From the NCBI GenBank assembly GCA_036172245.1, contig JAYWIR010000045.1:1054001-1118000 (forward strand): 64,000 bases of DNA, read 5' to 3'. Of this stretch, positions 51,740 to 64,000 are shown piece by piece (within the stretch, counting starts at the first letter, position 1; every line of letters begins with the position of its first letter). The position numbers were made by a program, and so were the translations under genes. Below the pieces are notes generated by a model. That model worked only from the letters and a program-made list of their open reading frames with translations, was not told the DNA's origin and ran no database searches. Source of the stretch: Raillietiella orientalis. Taxonomy: Eukaryota.

Positions 51740-52880
51740 ATGTGGGCGTCGGGCTATGGAAGGTCACGACCAGAAAGATCCGAGTCCGGAAACGGGCAAG
51801 CGACTCTCTGAGAGACGTGCTGAGGAAGGAAACCAGCGTCACAGCTCAAGGTGCGGAACCGGAGTTCCAGCTTCAGGGAGGCATATTGGCATCAGGAGGC
51901 TGACTCGAGATGCGAGCGGTCATGCTGCCGGGAGGACCCGCAAAAGGCGCATTCTCGATCCTTCGATGCTGGTTTTTTCTAAGAAGAGCTCTCCAAGCGT
52001 TGGATCGCTCACCCACCGATAGAGTAGTGGCTTTCCGGAAGGATGAGGGAGTTCTGCGCCGTTGCGGGAGTCACGAAACTCCTGGACGGCTGGACTACGA
52101 GAGTAATGACCGGCGTCTACAAACTCCTGTGGATGCCGCCACTCTTCCCTCCTGGGCGAAAGGAGCGCTCCACTGGATCGAACTTTGAGGTGTGCCTCCC
52201 GCAGAACTCTTCCGTGCACGAACACTTAGGCGCTTCCCTCGAGATGATAACGGGACGTTCTGCTGCATCTGCATTGGGGATTTCAGTTCCATCGGCGCAG
52301 GCACCTCGTTTCCGGAGGAGTTGCACCTCCAAGCCGTTCGAGATGGGCTGTGGTACCCTCGATTCGAGAATTCTGGAAGAAGCTATCTTTGGCGATCCGC
52401 CGCCCGGAGGACACCGCTACGGACCTGCTGCGGGGACTCTTCGCGCGAGGCGCGCAGTCCCGACAGGCACGCTATGATTGCGACGAGATGTTGCATCCGC
52501 GCCTTCGTCGCGGCCTGTCACGCGCTGGAGCGTCCGGCGCAGCGAAGGGAGGCCACCCGCATGGCGGTCGCCTTCGTGAGGGCGGCTGCGAGGTGACCTC
52601 ACCTGAAAGAAAAAGTTGCCAGGGAGGTCTCCACCAATCCACTCCGGTTATAAGGAGTGGCTTCTGAAAGAAAGAGAGGTTTGGAGCAAAGGAAGGTCCC
52701 TACCCTCCCTTTCTTTTCCTACTGAATTCTTGTCTCCTCCCTCCTGCTCCGGACTTCCTTACAAGCTGACCATGCGTGAGGGTGAACCTCTCTTTGTCTT
52801 TTTTTCGGAAGCTGCGTTCCCGGTTTGCTTGTTTACCTTTTTCCCATAAAGAAATGCTCCGGCGTGACCGGATGGAAACC
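51740..52880 (+). mobile_element. Subfamily A LINE, 5'-truncated
   Basis: LWKV/G...KIR; EFQLQ; KLLDGWTTR...VDAATLP...KGALHW; DVLLHLHWG; GGRLREGGCEV. Terminal motif TCCGGCGTGACCGGA at 52858-52872. Confidence 0.8.
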
Positions 52881-55239
52881 AATAGGGAGCATGAGCTGCG
52901 TTTAGACCGTCGCGAGACAGGTTCCTTTTCATCCAACCGATGCGTTGCGATGGAAGCGTCCTGCTCAATACAGGAGGAACCGCATGTACATATGTTCTTG
53001 GTCGAACGGGCAGCAAGGCGAAACTTCCATCCGCCAAGTTCTCCCCTAACGTCTCTGAGGCGTAATCCGTCCTATTCGAGAGCAACGATGCAGTCGCTCC
53101 TCCAGCATCGTGGGGACAGGTCAGGCGTGCTGAGACATTTCTTCCCTACTGCGGGGACGGGCCCCGCAACCTCCGTCAAGCCCCGGCAACAAGAAACTCG
53201 GGGCTTATAGCGGAGCGTCCATGAGGAGCGACTCGGCCAGCAGACGCACGCGTTTGCTTGACCTGCATGGAGAACGTGGTGTTAAATAGCCTGTAGGCAG
53301 CTTGTGCACCGTCCGGGGCGTTGTACTTGGAAGAGCAGTCACCAAACTGCGATCTGTTGATGCAAAAGTTTTTCGAGCCGAAAATTTGTAAAAAAAAAAA
53401 AAAATGAAACAGTTGCGCTCCGAACATTTTTAGAGAACGCATCTGGAGAACAGAACCGTCTTCCCAGATAGAGGAGCTGACACGTCCCTGACACCTTTGA
53501 AAGATTTCGTATTTGTGCGAATACAAAAATTTATTCATGTGATCTTTCTGCGATCTTTTGACGTGCTCACGTATGCAACGTGTGAGCACGGACTGTGCAT
53601 ATCCACGCGGAGAATGCTAGTGGAGACCAAGAGCTTTTGCTTGCTTAGTGTGGGGGGGAAATATCCCAAAAGCATGGAGTCGGGAACATGTTGAAGTTTT
53701 GTCGAACGTGAAGGAAAAATCCCTCTGCACCACCGTGTGATCGATGGAAGCATCTTGGTGACTGCTCTTAGCGCTTGCTGATCGAAAATGGCCAGGCCAT
53801 TTGTCGACCAGCCTGATCGCCCAATCTGCTCATCACCTCAAGTAACGGGGTGTTACTTTGTGCAGGCACGATGCATTCACACTCTTCTACCCGGAAGCAG
53901 GACCGCGAAAGCGTTCGCAGACGTAGCAGTTGCCAAAAGCAAAGAGACGCACAAGGACCGAAGCAGAGAAGCAAATGTCTTGGTTTATGAACATTAGGAG
54001 TATACAGATCGGGAATGTATAGAATATTTCTTAGTATCAAGTACCTATGGTATTATACTGTCTTATGAACATATAGTATACGAATATACAGTGTACCAAA
54101 GTATACAGTATGGACCAAGACGTAAAGATGATTTTAGGACTTGCTGAAAATCAAAGGAAGGGAGAAGCAACTGTGATAGACAGTTTTCGATATTCGTGTG
54201 CACTGTAAATAGCGGAAGGCAGTGTGAAGGGAGCCACCGAGTGGCGAGTGCACCTGGCAAGAGAAATTGTAACTTCCATCCAAGCATGCGGCAAAATAAA
54301 AACGAGAATACACAAAGTTTCTAAATGGAATGATGAGTAGCATTACTCTTTTATTTGGGAATCCTCCTCAGCTCTCATTGGAAGATGAATGCCAAAAGCA
54401 GCTGGAGTTGGTCTTAATTAAAATGGATGAGGAAAGGGGAGGCATACCCATCGGAAGATTATCTCAGGTCATCTGAAAGATTGACTATTCCTTCTTCGGC
54501 GGAAAGCGATGGAGCAAGCTGGAGGCAGGCTCTTCACGAGGATTCAGCTGAAACGGGGATGAAGATATACGGTTTCCCTCGTCAGCGACTGTTGAGGTCT
54601 CGGGAGGAAGATCACACGCGTTCCAACGAAAAACGCCAGAGAAATCCTTTTGCGGTTCAGAGGTGCGCTTTCTTCCGACCGTTCCGGCAACTGGAAGGAA
54701 GCACAAACCCTCCATGTAATCTTGAAAGGAGCGAGAGACCGCGCCGTAAGTGCAGATCGCGAGCAGTGGACGCCCACGAGTCAGTGCTTCACAGCCTCGC
54801 GACCACGTCTGAGGGTTCCAGGGTAGTGAGCCTTCGAGCCTAAGGGTTGTCACCCGATCACTGCTGGTCACTCGAGTCTGCGGATGATTTTCTTGGGGCT
54901 CTCGCGTGTTCTGCTTATCGTTAACGTTTCCTTTAGCCAAGCTTGTTGGGTCGTTCACTTGACAACAGATCATGGGTCCACAGTCAGACCGATCCACAGT
55001 TGTGTAGATCTTGGATGCTCTCGGATCACATGCTGCATGGATCTCCCCCGAAAGTTCCCGACAGCGATGGTCTCACCGATGCTGGGGCACGAGTAAAAGA
55101 GGGGACCGGGAACTGGCCCAACAGCCGGGCAGCAGCGGCTAGGGGACCTTTCCAGCAGAATCCTGCGCGACCGATGTTTACGTTGCAATACGAAGGTAGG
55201 ACTACTACATCGTTATGCACCGAGTTTGTTAAAGATCTT

Positions 55240-57130
55240 TAGCGGCTAATCTCCGTGCGGTAGTGTTCTGGGACGGGTGCAAGAGAACCGGAGATGAGCC
55301 ACAAGAACGAGGAGCTCATGCTCTGCCTTTTTAGGTTCCCCAATAAACTTCTGCGAGCGTTGGATTTTTCCCGCTGCGAAGCACCCATCACTGGGTGGTG
55401 ATCCATCCAAGATGCATCCGTCGATACACCAAAAGAAGCGGCGGAGGCCCAACTGCCCATGTAACCTTTTAAGGTCAATGGGGTATGATTTTTAGCCATT
55501 TTAGAGGTGTTCAGCGGGTTCGCTGGAGCCCTGGTGATAGTGGCTGAAAAGTCAGCTACCCCGCACCTGAAGAAGGTATGCCCGAAGATCCGGTGTACCC
55601 ACAACAAGCAGCTCTGGACACCGTGTAGAAGATGGAGCCAGCGGCAAGGGGCACGCGACTGCCTTCCGCAACCAAGGGAACAACGGCGGTCTCCGACGCA
55701 CGCCAAGCAGCCGGAGATCCACATGATGGCGCCTGCGTCTAAAGCGCGGGAAAAGCGAGCAGGGGAGGAGGAGAGTCGGAATCCCTGAATGAAGCCGTCG
55801 AGGAAGACATGGGGCACCCCACGACCTGCGATACGATGCCGGAAGTCGTAGTGACTCCCATAAACGAAGACATTCGGGTGAAGGCATGCGATGCAGAGTC
55901 GGCATCCTCGTCTATCTATTCATCGTTGAAGGACGGAGCTTGCAAACTAAGAGGAGACCCAAAGGATCATCCAGACGTCATACTACCGGATGGACTGCGC
56001 TAGTGCTGCGAATGCTTCGCACCTGCCAGCGGGTCTTCGTTCCTAAGCACGCGAGCATGAAGCTAAGCGTGGCGAGGCAAAGAGGGAGTTGGCAAAGTCA
56101 AGTCCTCCTGGCACAACCTTGGAGGAAGCCCGCGCGACTCGCCTCCCGGATTCCTCGGAAGATGAGGCCAGTCCAAAGGGTGGGGCCGACCGCTGTGCGT
56201 AAGGCTGCACAGCGCCCTCAGCAAAGCGAAAGGGAGGGCAGATCCGCGGGGGACTTCCCGGAATTGAAGGGAGGACTGGTCCCTCGGCATGCGATCCGCT
56301 TGGCCGCTGTAGGGCCTGGAGGTCAGCGGCCTCGCGCAGAAGAGGCGTGAGCCATGACGAGAAGTCTCGACCTCGTACTGCTGCAGGGCATGCATAGATG
56401 ATTCGCAAGGTCAAACACTTGTCAGGAGGACCCCGAGAACGTGTGGAACCGTGCTCCGCACACACCTGCAGGGTCACATTCTTCCTCAAACCACGCACAA
56501 GGCTGACAATGCAACGCGTGCGTACGCACAAGGTCGGTATCGGGTAGGTCAGCTTGTACTCAAATGGTCCGACTCGATCGACCTCGTCATAACGATAGTT
56601 TCCGCGCCCTACAACTCAAGTACCCGACCGAAAGTGGGTGGAATTTCTAGAGAAACTCCAGCGGGGACTAGCCACAGTCCGAGCATGCGGGAGCCGCTCA
56701 CCTGATAGCAGGAGACATCAGCGTCCACCTGTTACCTAGATGGGACCCATTTCCTAAGCATGAGCCCGAAAGCTAGCGGGTTGTGTGCAGCGATGCGTAC
56801 CACGAACCTGCTGGCAGATGAACCTGGGCTGCTCGACTCTATCGACCATCTGTGTTCCTCAATGAGAACATGTTCGCGGGCGGGTCAGCGAACAGTCCAC
56901 CTAGCAAACCGCCCCAGCATCGAACTTCAGCTGGTTCCTCCAGGAAGGAGCCCAGGAACAGGTTTCGAGAATGCCTCAGGGTTAGGTGAGGCAACTGGAA
57001 GCCCAAAAAGAACCAATCTAGATTTCATTTCCAGGTTCTGGACTCGGCCTGATTTGCGGATGAGGTCGGGCTCCAAACATTCCAGGCAGCCTGCTTCATG
57101 CATACAGTGAGACTGCAATCGTTTCAAATC
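55240..57130 (-). mobile_element. Ty3/Gypsy LTR-retrotransposon pol remnant (RT and RNase H), with no LTRs seen
   Basis: Minus-strand order: VSLVRGLRKNVTLQVCAEH (~SPxxxVxKKDGxLRxCVDY, ~56490); SFG...QAPSF (~MPFGLxNAPxxF, ~55950); VFLDG (~YLDD, ~55800); FFRCGVADFS...P (~YYRRFIxxFAxxAxPL); FGVSTDAS (RNase H, ~55425). Spacing is irregular. Confidence 0.65.
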
Positions 57131-57649
57131 TCTCGCGCGTCTCTTCTGCGGTAGTACTCTGCGCATCTTTCCCCTGCAGGCTTTGCCGAAGGACAGCGGT
57201 CGCAGGGAAGTCTTCCTCCATGTCCGTGCAGATTATGTCAAACGCCCGCGCGGAGCACGCTGCCTCAGCTGAGAGGCGATCAGATGCAGCAGGCCTGCTG
57301 ATTCTTCCCCCCATCCCCCTCCGGTCAGTTCTGGGAAGTGCTGGCGTCCCGCTTATACCTCATGGCATCAGAAGCGCAAATTGGTGTCGAACTTTGAGGG
57401 ACCAGCATCCAAGGGTATCCGCTTCTGCCAGAGGAGGCGGGAGGTCTCGAATCGGCAGTCGGGGTAGTCAGGGGAACAGCATGTGCCATCCGAACAATCC
57501 TTGAAGCCAATCCAACTCCACATCGACGGCTTCGGGACGCGACTCGTCCCCCGGCTCCGATCTTCTCACGGACAGGGAGTGCCCGCTCCCTATGGAGCCC
57601 CCTTATCAAACTCCTTGCCATCACATGCTACGGTATTTTACGATGCATA

Positions 57650-60600
57650 AGCAGGGAGGAAGGAGTTGCAAAATGCTAACAGGAAGTCAACCATTTTGTT
57701 TTCTATCTTCCCTCCATCTCACTTTAGAGTTTTATAATAAACGGTAGCCATTTTGCAAAACGAAGAAATCGATAGACTTCCGGACGTGTAGATCTGATTC
57801 CACATCTTATAGCATGACATGACCAAAGTGATCAAATGCACATTCCTTTCTTCACTGACGCTTTTTCCAAACAAAAAAATTATCGGAAAGTACGGTGATG
57901 AAAACGGAAAGACTCGGAAAGAAAATAATGGACAGAAGCAGGCGACGAGACACATTAACCTCGGATACATAAGAAATGCAGACGAATTCGATTAAAAGGT
58001 TTTTGCCAAAAAGAAAAATAGGCTTTCCGATGAATGATGTTAGTGCATCCAAGCAGCCGGGCTCAACGCATTTGCGCAGACTAAAGCACACGATCATCTC
58101 CAAGCTGGAAAGCAAATTCCTAAACTTCATTTACAAAAGGGAAAACGAGAGGGAGAAAATAATCTCTCATGCGACAGAACCACGTGCAGCTTGTTGAGTA
58201 ACAACTGCAATTTACACTTGATGTACTGGACCACAAAGTGCTCATCCGCATGGTAACAGTATAAGAGTAACCGCAATGAATGTGAGCCCTTGTTTTCACA
58301 TCGCTCGTTGTTCCACAAAAAAAGCTTTAGAAATCGGAAAAAGGCGTGGATTGCAGCGTGGACATATAGGAGAGGTCCAAGGGCACCCACCGGAGATAAT
58401 AGAATATCTTGCAGCTTTTGTTCTCCGAAATCCTTGCAAGCCTTGCAAATCCACTTTGCGAGGATGGTGGATTTGCAAGAATTTGAATTCACTGTGCCCA
58501 CTTTGCCCATCGGTTTACAAAACACTTCCGAAATTTTGTTTCTTAAGCGCGCTATGCATATTGTATATTTCTTTCTGACAAAGATTCTGGAAACTGGAAA
58601 ACAAACAAACATTCGTTTCGATCTTCTACGAATAATCTGCGTGGCATACATCACCCTGACTGAAGGTCAAAACAGAGATAGGGCTTCAAGACGCACACCG
58701 CTTTTTGGCCAATGAGGATTGGAAAAAATGGAAAAAACGGAGAAAACAAATTTGAAGAGCATTTTAAATTACAGAAGTTCAGATAATTAAGGTCCAAATG
58801 AAGAATGAAGAGAACAAAAAAAACTTATAACGATCACCTATGCACGAAAGTTTTAATCAATAAAAAAAAAAATATACGTTGAAACCTATTATGAGAACCT
58901 TTTCAAGAAGTGAAAGTTTTACGCCAAATACCAAATGGGTGATTGCAATCCTTCTGAATGTAAATCAGGGAAACACAGGGAATCAATTAGGTCTGCTTAA
59001 CCCCCCCGGGAACTTTTCAGTGAGATAGTCGATATCCCCCATCCTTCGAGATTGGAGGCAATTGAACATGGAGATTTTCCAAGAAACAGTGTACAATGTA
59101 CAAGAGAAGTCGAAGAAAACAAACCGCGATTCTTAAGAATTACAACCAAGTAACAACCCAGCGATTTCTAATAAAAACAATCAGTCAGGAATAAAAACTG
59201 CAAGCTGTCGTTTATTCATCGTTGCTACCAGGAGTCTGCTCCACCATTCCACTCTGCAAAGAGGGTAAACAGTGCCATCACTGAAAACGGGATCACTTAC
59301 TGAAGGTCGTTTCCATGGAACCGAAGTAATGAATACTGACAAAAGGACATGTGTGCTTTCGTAAGCTTTTCATGCGTGAAAATTACAAACAAACGTTACT
59401 TCCTACATAACTTTGGTTTGCAACATGCAACGAAAGCTGCCTGATCATCCGTTTTAAATGCATAAACGAATAGTAAAACGAATCATCCTTTTCCTCTTAA
59501 ACCACCCTCAGAAGACAAGACACGAATTCAACACCTCGGGGCAGATGTACTCTGAGTAAAACTAAAGGCTGGAATTGTACATCAAAATGGCTACATAAAC
59601 TGCAGAGAAACACACAACTACTAACTAAAATATTACTTCACATAAATTATTATTAATTATATTTCATTTATATAATACCTCAAAAATCAACATTAATTTT
59701 AGTATTAAAACCCTATAATAGCTACCTCCAAGCCCATAACTCACCATTACTACTTTACATTTACAAAAAAAAAACAAGCTTATCCCTGCTCTTAGAAAAG
59801 AAACGATATCAAAAACTGATGCATAAAGCAACAAAAAATTCTACTTTCAAAAAACTTAACCCGTTTAGAGGTGCACCTAAAATAAAGGCCTTGCAAACCC
59901 AAGAAATGAAGCTTTTCCTAATCAAATCCTGGAGACTGAGATAGGAGTAACGTGAAAAGAAAAAAATGAATTGCATTTCTTGAAAAAAAAAAAAAAGTCC
60001 CTTAAACAGATAGACGAAAAGAAAGGTATAATTCACTTGAAAACGAAAGAAGAGAACGATGGTAAGAACTTCATTAGTATCGGCTCCTACATGTAACTCA
60101 TACTTACGAAATTCGTGATTGGAAGTCACCTTGGCTCGATGATCTTTTGAAATGGCTCTGAAACAGTAACTACGAAAAGATTCAAAATTATCAATTCCTT
60201 ACTGGGAAACGGCACTGCCCACAACACCCTGCTGCAATAAAATGCGATTTTCAAGAGCCAACTTGAAATATAAAATTTGCGCTCCGCTCATACTTTGAAT
60301 TCCACATAAAGCACTTCCTTAATGTGAACATTTGGGAAGCTTTGTAAAGCCAACGCAGACCGGTAAAGGTGAGTCCTGAACAGGATTTTTGGTGTACTCG
60401 GGAACATTCCTCCAAACAGGAATGTAACAATGTACTAAAATGTTTCACAGGCGTAAGTTGGATTCTCCCCCCTTCCCTCCCCCTCCCCCCATTTGCATCC
60501 GGAAGTTTACATTTTAATTTACATATGAATTTCTGTGCATGTATGAAGTCAGTTTACCCATTAGCATGGATAAAGGCTTCACTAGAAGAGACTTGGTGCT

Positions 60601-63600
60601 TAAAGCTCATGCTGTACAAGTAGTAACGTATCAAACGAGCAGAACTGTAGTGACATGGTTTTAAAGAGTCACTTTTATTCGTAGCGGTAGAGAAAAATCC
60701 TATGCTGGTTCAACGTATGTCGTCACTTAAAGCAAAGTGCTACCGCATGAATGAATCGAAACTGAAAAAAGAATGTAAAAAATCTCCCCTCGCTTTGAGT
60801 AGAATATCCATGTCGGAGAATCGCAATTACCTTACCGCACACAAGGGGATTTTTTTCCAGACCAAACGCTTGCTCGCAAATCTACTTCGAAATCGGATAA
60901 GTTGGTTAACAGTTTTTGTTTTTGCATGATTGGGTTTTGTGACGGAGTCAAAAACTGCCATTTGAAGTATGTTGGAAAATGAGTGCCTATCTCCAGAAAT
61001 TTGTGTTAAGATGAATTTAAACTTGAAGTGAAAACTTTCTACAATTCATGTCTTAAGCCTGACTTGAAGATCCAACGTTCCATCTTATGGTTTAATCAAT
61101 TAATTGTGATAGAATAAAAATGCTGCATAGCGGGACGTGAACATTATTAAATAAAGTTTTATCATATGTGACCATAAGACAAATTTCATTTTTCTAAGAC
61201 ATGCATTAATTTAATGCAATCTTAATGAAACATGTGTTTAAGAGAAAATCATGATCACTATCTCTGAAATTACTTAGCACAATTCTATCATGATTGCAGG
61301 AACTTCCTGTGCATATGGTTTGAAAAGTAGAAATGCTTTTGGAAATAAAATGCAGTGTGCAATGTCTAGAATCATTTCTACAATGAAAGTTAGCTGCTAC
61401 ACACATACAACATTCATGATGGTTACTTTGCTTTACAAATGTATTATCTTCCTGATCTAAAGATGCATTTTTGAATGTTTAGACACATGAATTGTCCTCT
61501 GCAACATTCAAACAAAAATTAACCACCATATGAAATACTGTTTGCTGGAGTTTCTTCCACCAGTATTTCCTATTCGCTAGTATCAATCCATTTTCTATGC
61601 AACATTCAAGCATGACAAACTTTGAAATGAATGTGGAAAGAAACAAGGAAAAGCATTCAAATTCGAGCATAAGAAGAGACCTGCAATCACTCTCAAAATA
61701 ACTAGACCTCGAAAAAAATTTGCAATGTGAAAAGTGAAACAGTAACACACATTTGTCATCTAGCTCCAGCTACAGTGGAATAAATCTTTGGATACTTATG
61801 CAAAATTAGTGATCACTTCTGCATTTAAGATTTCATAACATCAAACATAGCAAAGAATGATTTAAAATATGAAATCTATGGTGAAAAGTTGATCCTAAGC
61901 ATTTGATTTCAACAAATGTTCCTTTCGTTTTTTTACAAAAAAAAGTTTGTTTTAACAACTGAATTTTTCTGATAAAGAGCAAATACAACATTTCATACAA
62001 TTTTTAAGCTGAAATTTATTCTGAGCACTTTTTATCTTCTGCATACTTTAAAAATAATTTGTGGCAAAACACAGACGAAAATTTATTAACAATTAATTAC
62101 GCCCCACTGTATATTGATCAGGAAATGCAAAAGAATGGAATCCATCTGCAACTACATTAGGAAGATGACCAGCATTAGGAATGACATTCCAAGACAGAAT
62201 CAAAGTGACATTTTTGTTGCCTCTATAAAATTCAGAATTATTTTAAAATAATCCAAAGTGAATCAGTCTTTCAGAATAGCATATCAAAACTCTTAATTAA
62301 TTATGCTTATGTACTTGCTTTTAACTTAACAAAAGTATTCCAATTATACATGAGAGACCAAACATACCTTAATCCGTTGCCATCATCCCAAAAATAATAT
62401 TTGCTCATCAAATTTTTTAAGTTCAACATAGGGTTATCACCACGATGAATGATTTTATCCCAAAGGACAACCTAAAATTGTTTTAGTTGATGCACAAACA
62501 TTGAAATAGATACATGAACTGATCTTGAATAAAAAATGATTGTGCAAACAAGCTTTATGATGGAGATGCAGGTATTATACATTATTATACATACATAAAA
62601 TAACGATTTACCTGATTTAATTTATTTTCAGAAGTTTCATATTCTGCAGTTAAATAAAGAAAAAGCATTTTTGTATTCCAGTTGAATAAAGGGCTAAGAT
62701 GTACAAAGTGTTAAGAAAACATCAAATGCACAAGTAAAAAATAATAGTACAAGATCTGACAAAAAGCACATACACTCTACAACAATCCTAGACTGCATAC
62801 AGTAAACATAAAAAACATCAATCAAAGCATAATGATCTGTATCTGTATCTGAACAGGCGATGAACATATAAAAAGGATATCTGTGAATAGATCTACTGAC
62901 ACTACTCCTAGATCTTTCTTTTGTTTGGAAACACTATAGTCCGGCAAATGCTTACTGAAATGGTTTTGCTTGAGAATCGATTAAAAAGCCGACTGTACTT
63001 ACACATTGATTTTAACTGGATTCAATGACACACTTGTTTTGTACTCATTGAAAAAAGTCGATAAAAAACACAAAAATATGATAGCGGCTAAAACGCTAAG
63101 ATAAAATGCAATAATTGCATTCGCCCTTGACAGGAATGTGTTCATAACTGAATAGTTACAATTTCTTATGAAAGTATGTTTTCCTAATTACAGGTTGTGA
63201 TATATGAAGTCGAAAACATTTTTCAGCACTTCCAGTGAACAAGTTGAAATTCATTAAAGAAAAGACGAAATTCTCAAAAAGCTTTACACTGACACTTCCC
63301 AATGTATACTGCAAAAATGTGATTTTTAAAATGTAAGACGTAAGGCTAAAAGCATGTGAGTCGGTGAATTCAATCTCACACACGTAACCACAACGTTGCT
63401 TTCAATGCAGGCTGAGCAAGTCATCTAGTCAAAAGTCACACTTGCATCTGTGTGAAAAATTGATAATTACTGATTGAACGTGATCTCATTTGGACTTTCA
63501 ACCATTCAAATCGCTGAAATTCGAATATTGCATTTGATGAGTATCTTCTAATGAAAAACGTTAAATGCATTGCAGAAACATATTTATTTGGATGCGTCGT

Positions 63601-64000
63601 AGGTGAATTCACGAAAACGGAGTCGTTCATTAAAATTTTTATTTTTTTGAGTCTTCGTTTCACGAAGCAAACAGCAACTAGAGGTAGATAGTACGACCTA
63701 TCTACCTGTAGTATGATCTATGTGAAGAGGTGAAAAACCAAACAATCCAAGGACTCGGCATGAGAATAATACTTTCTTGATATTTAAATTTCTTAAATTT
63801 GCAATCGTATTTTTAGCGAAACTTATCTTTAGCTTTGATTTTTACTCACAAAAGTTTTTTTTCTTTCTTAGGCATTTGACTATCTCATAGCTACTTTTGG
63901 GTTAGTGATGTGCTTGTGAATCAAAGATATCATGCACTGTTAAATGCTATTTTCAGTCAGTTTAAATCCGCATGTGTTTCCAAAATGCTGTTTTTGAGAT
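57650..64000. other. AT-rich non-coding (intergenic or intronic) block
   Basis: Visible drop in GC content, frequent A/T runs, sparse ORFs with no recognisable motifs. Confidence 0.7.

Noticed and set aside
28340..52880. The recurring palindromic 30-nt motif as a CRISPR repeat or integron-like cassette site
   Set aside because: Spacing is irregular (0.2-9 kb) and both orientations occur. The motif is always attached to a LINE 3'UTR. No cas or integrase gene is present and the context is eukaryotic.
28340..52880. The same motif as a Helitron 3' hairpin
   Set aside because: No CTRR terminus follows it, and the upstream sequence is LINE ORF2.
58127..58715. Overlapping 175-aa and 141-aa ORFs in the AT-rich block
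   Set aside because: No recognisable motif and no consistent splice structure.

Overview
Eukaryotic, probably animal (invertebrate-like), repeat-dominated DNA. I found no intact, recognisable protein-coding gene, rRNA, true tRNA or CRISPR array. Bases ~1-57,600 are moderately GC-rich and filled with decayed retroelements on both strands: (i) many remnants of L1/Tx1-like LINE ORF2 (APE endonuclease, RT, GGLG segment, C-terminal CCHC), including about 13 3'-terminal pieces from two related subfamilies I call A and B; (ii) a ~750-bp tRNA-headed SINE (two long copies, two head-only copies); (iii) a restriction-like-endonuclease (NeSL/Utopia/R2-type) LINE remnant; (iv) a Ty3/Gypsy pol remnant; (v) a possible RTE tail. 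After ~57,650 the sequence is AT-rich and featureless. The most notable signal is a conserved ~30-nt terminal element, AATAAA-CGCT-CCGG-CGTGA-CCGG-GTGAnAAC (a short hairpin, with no poly(A) tail). It caps ten LINE 3' ends from both subfamilies. Two ~0.7-0.9-kb blocks are also near-identical duplicates with abruptly diverged edges. Family assignments rest on motif recognition by eye, and most boundaries are approximate. The garbled character of the whole window means its provenance (natural, misassembled or generated) should be checked.
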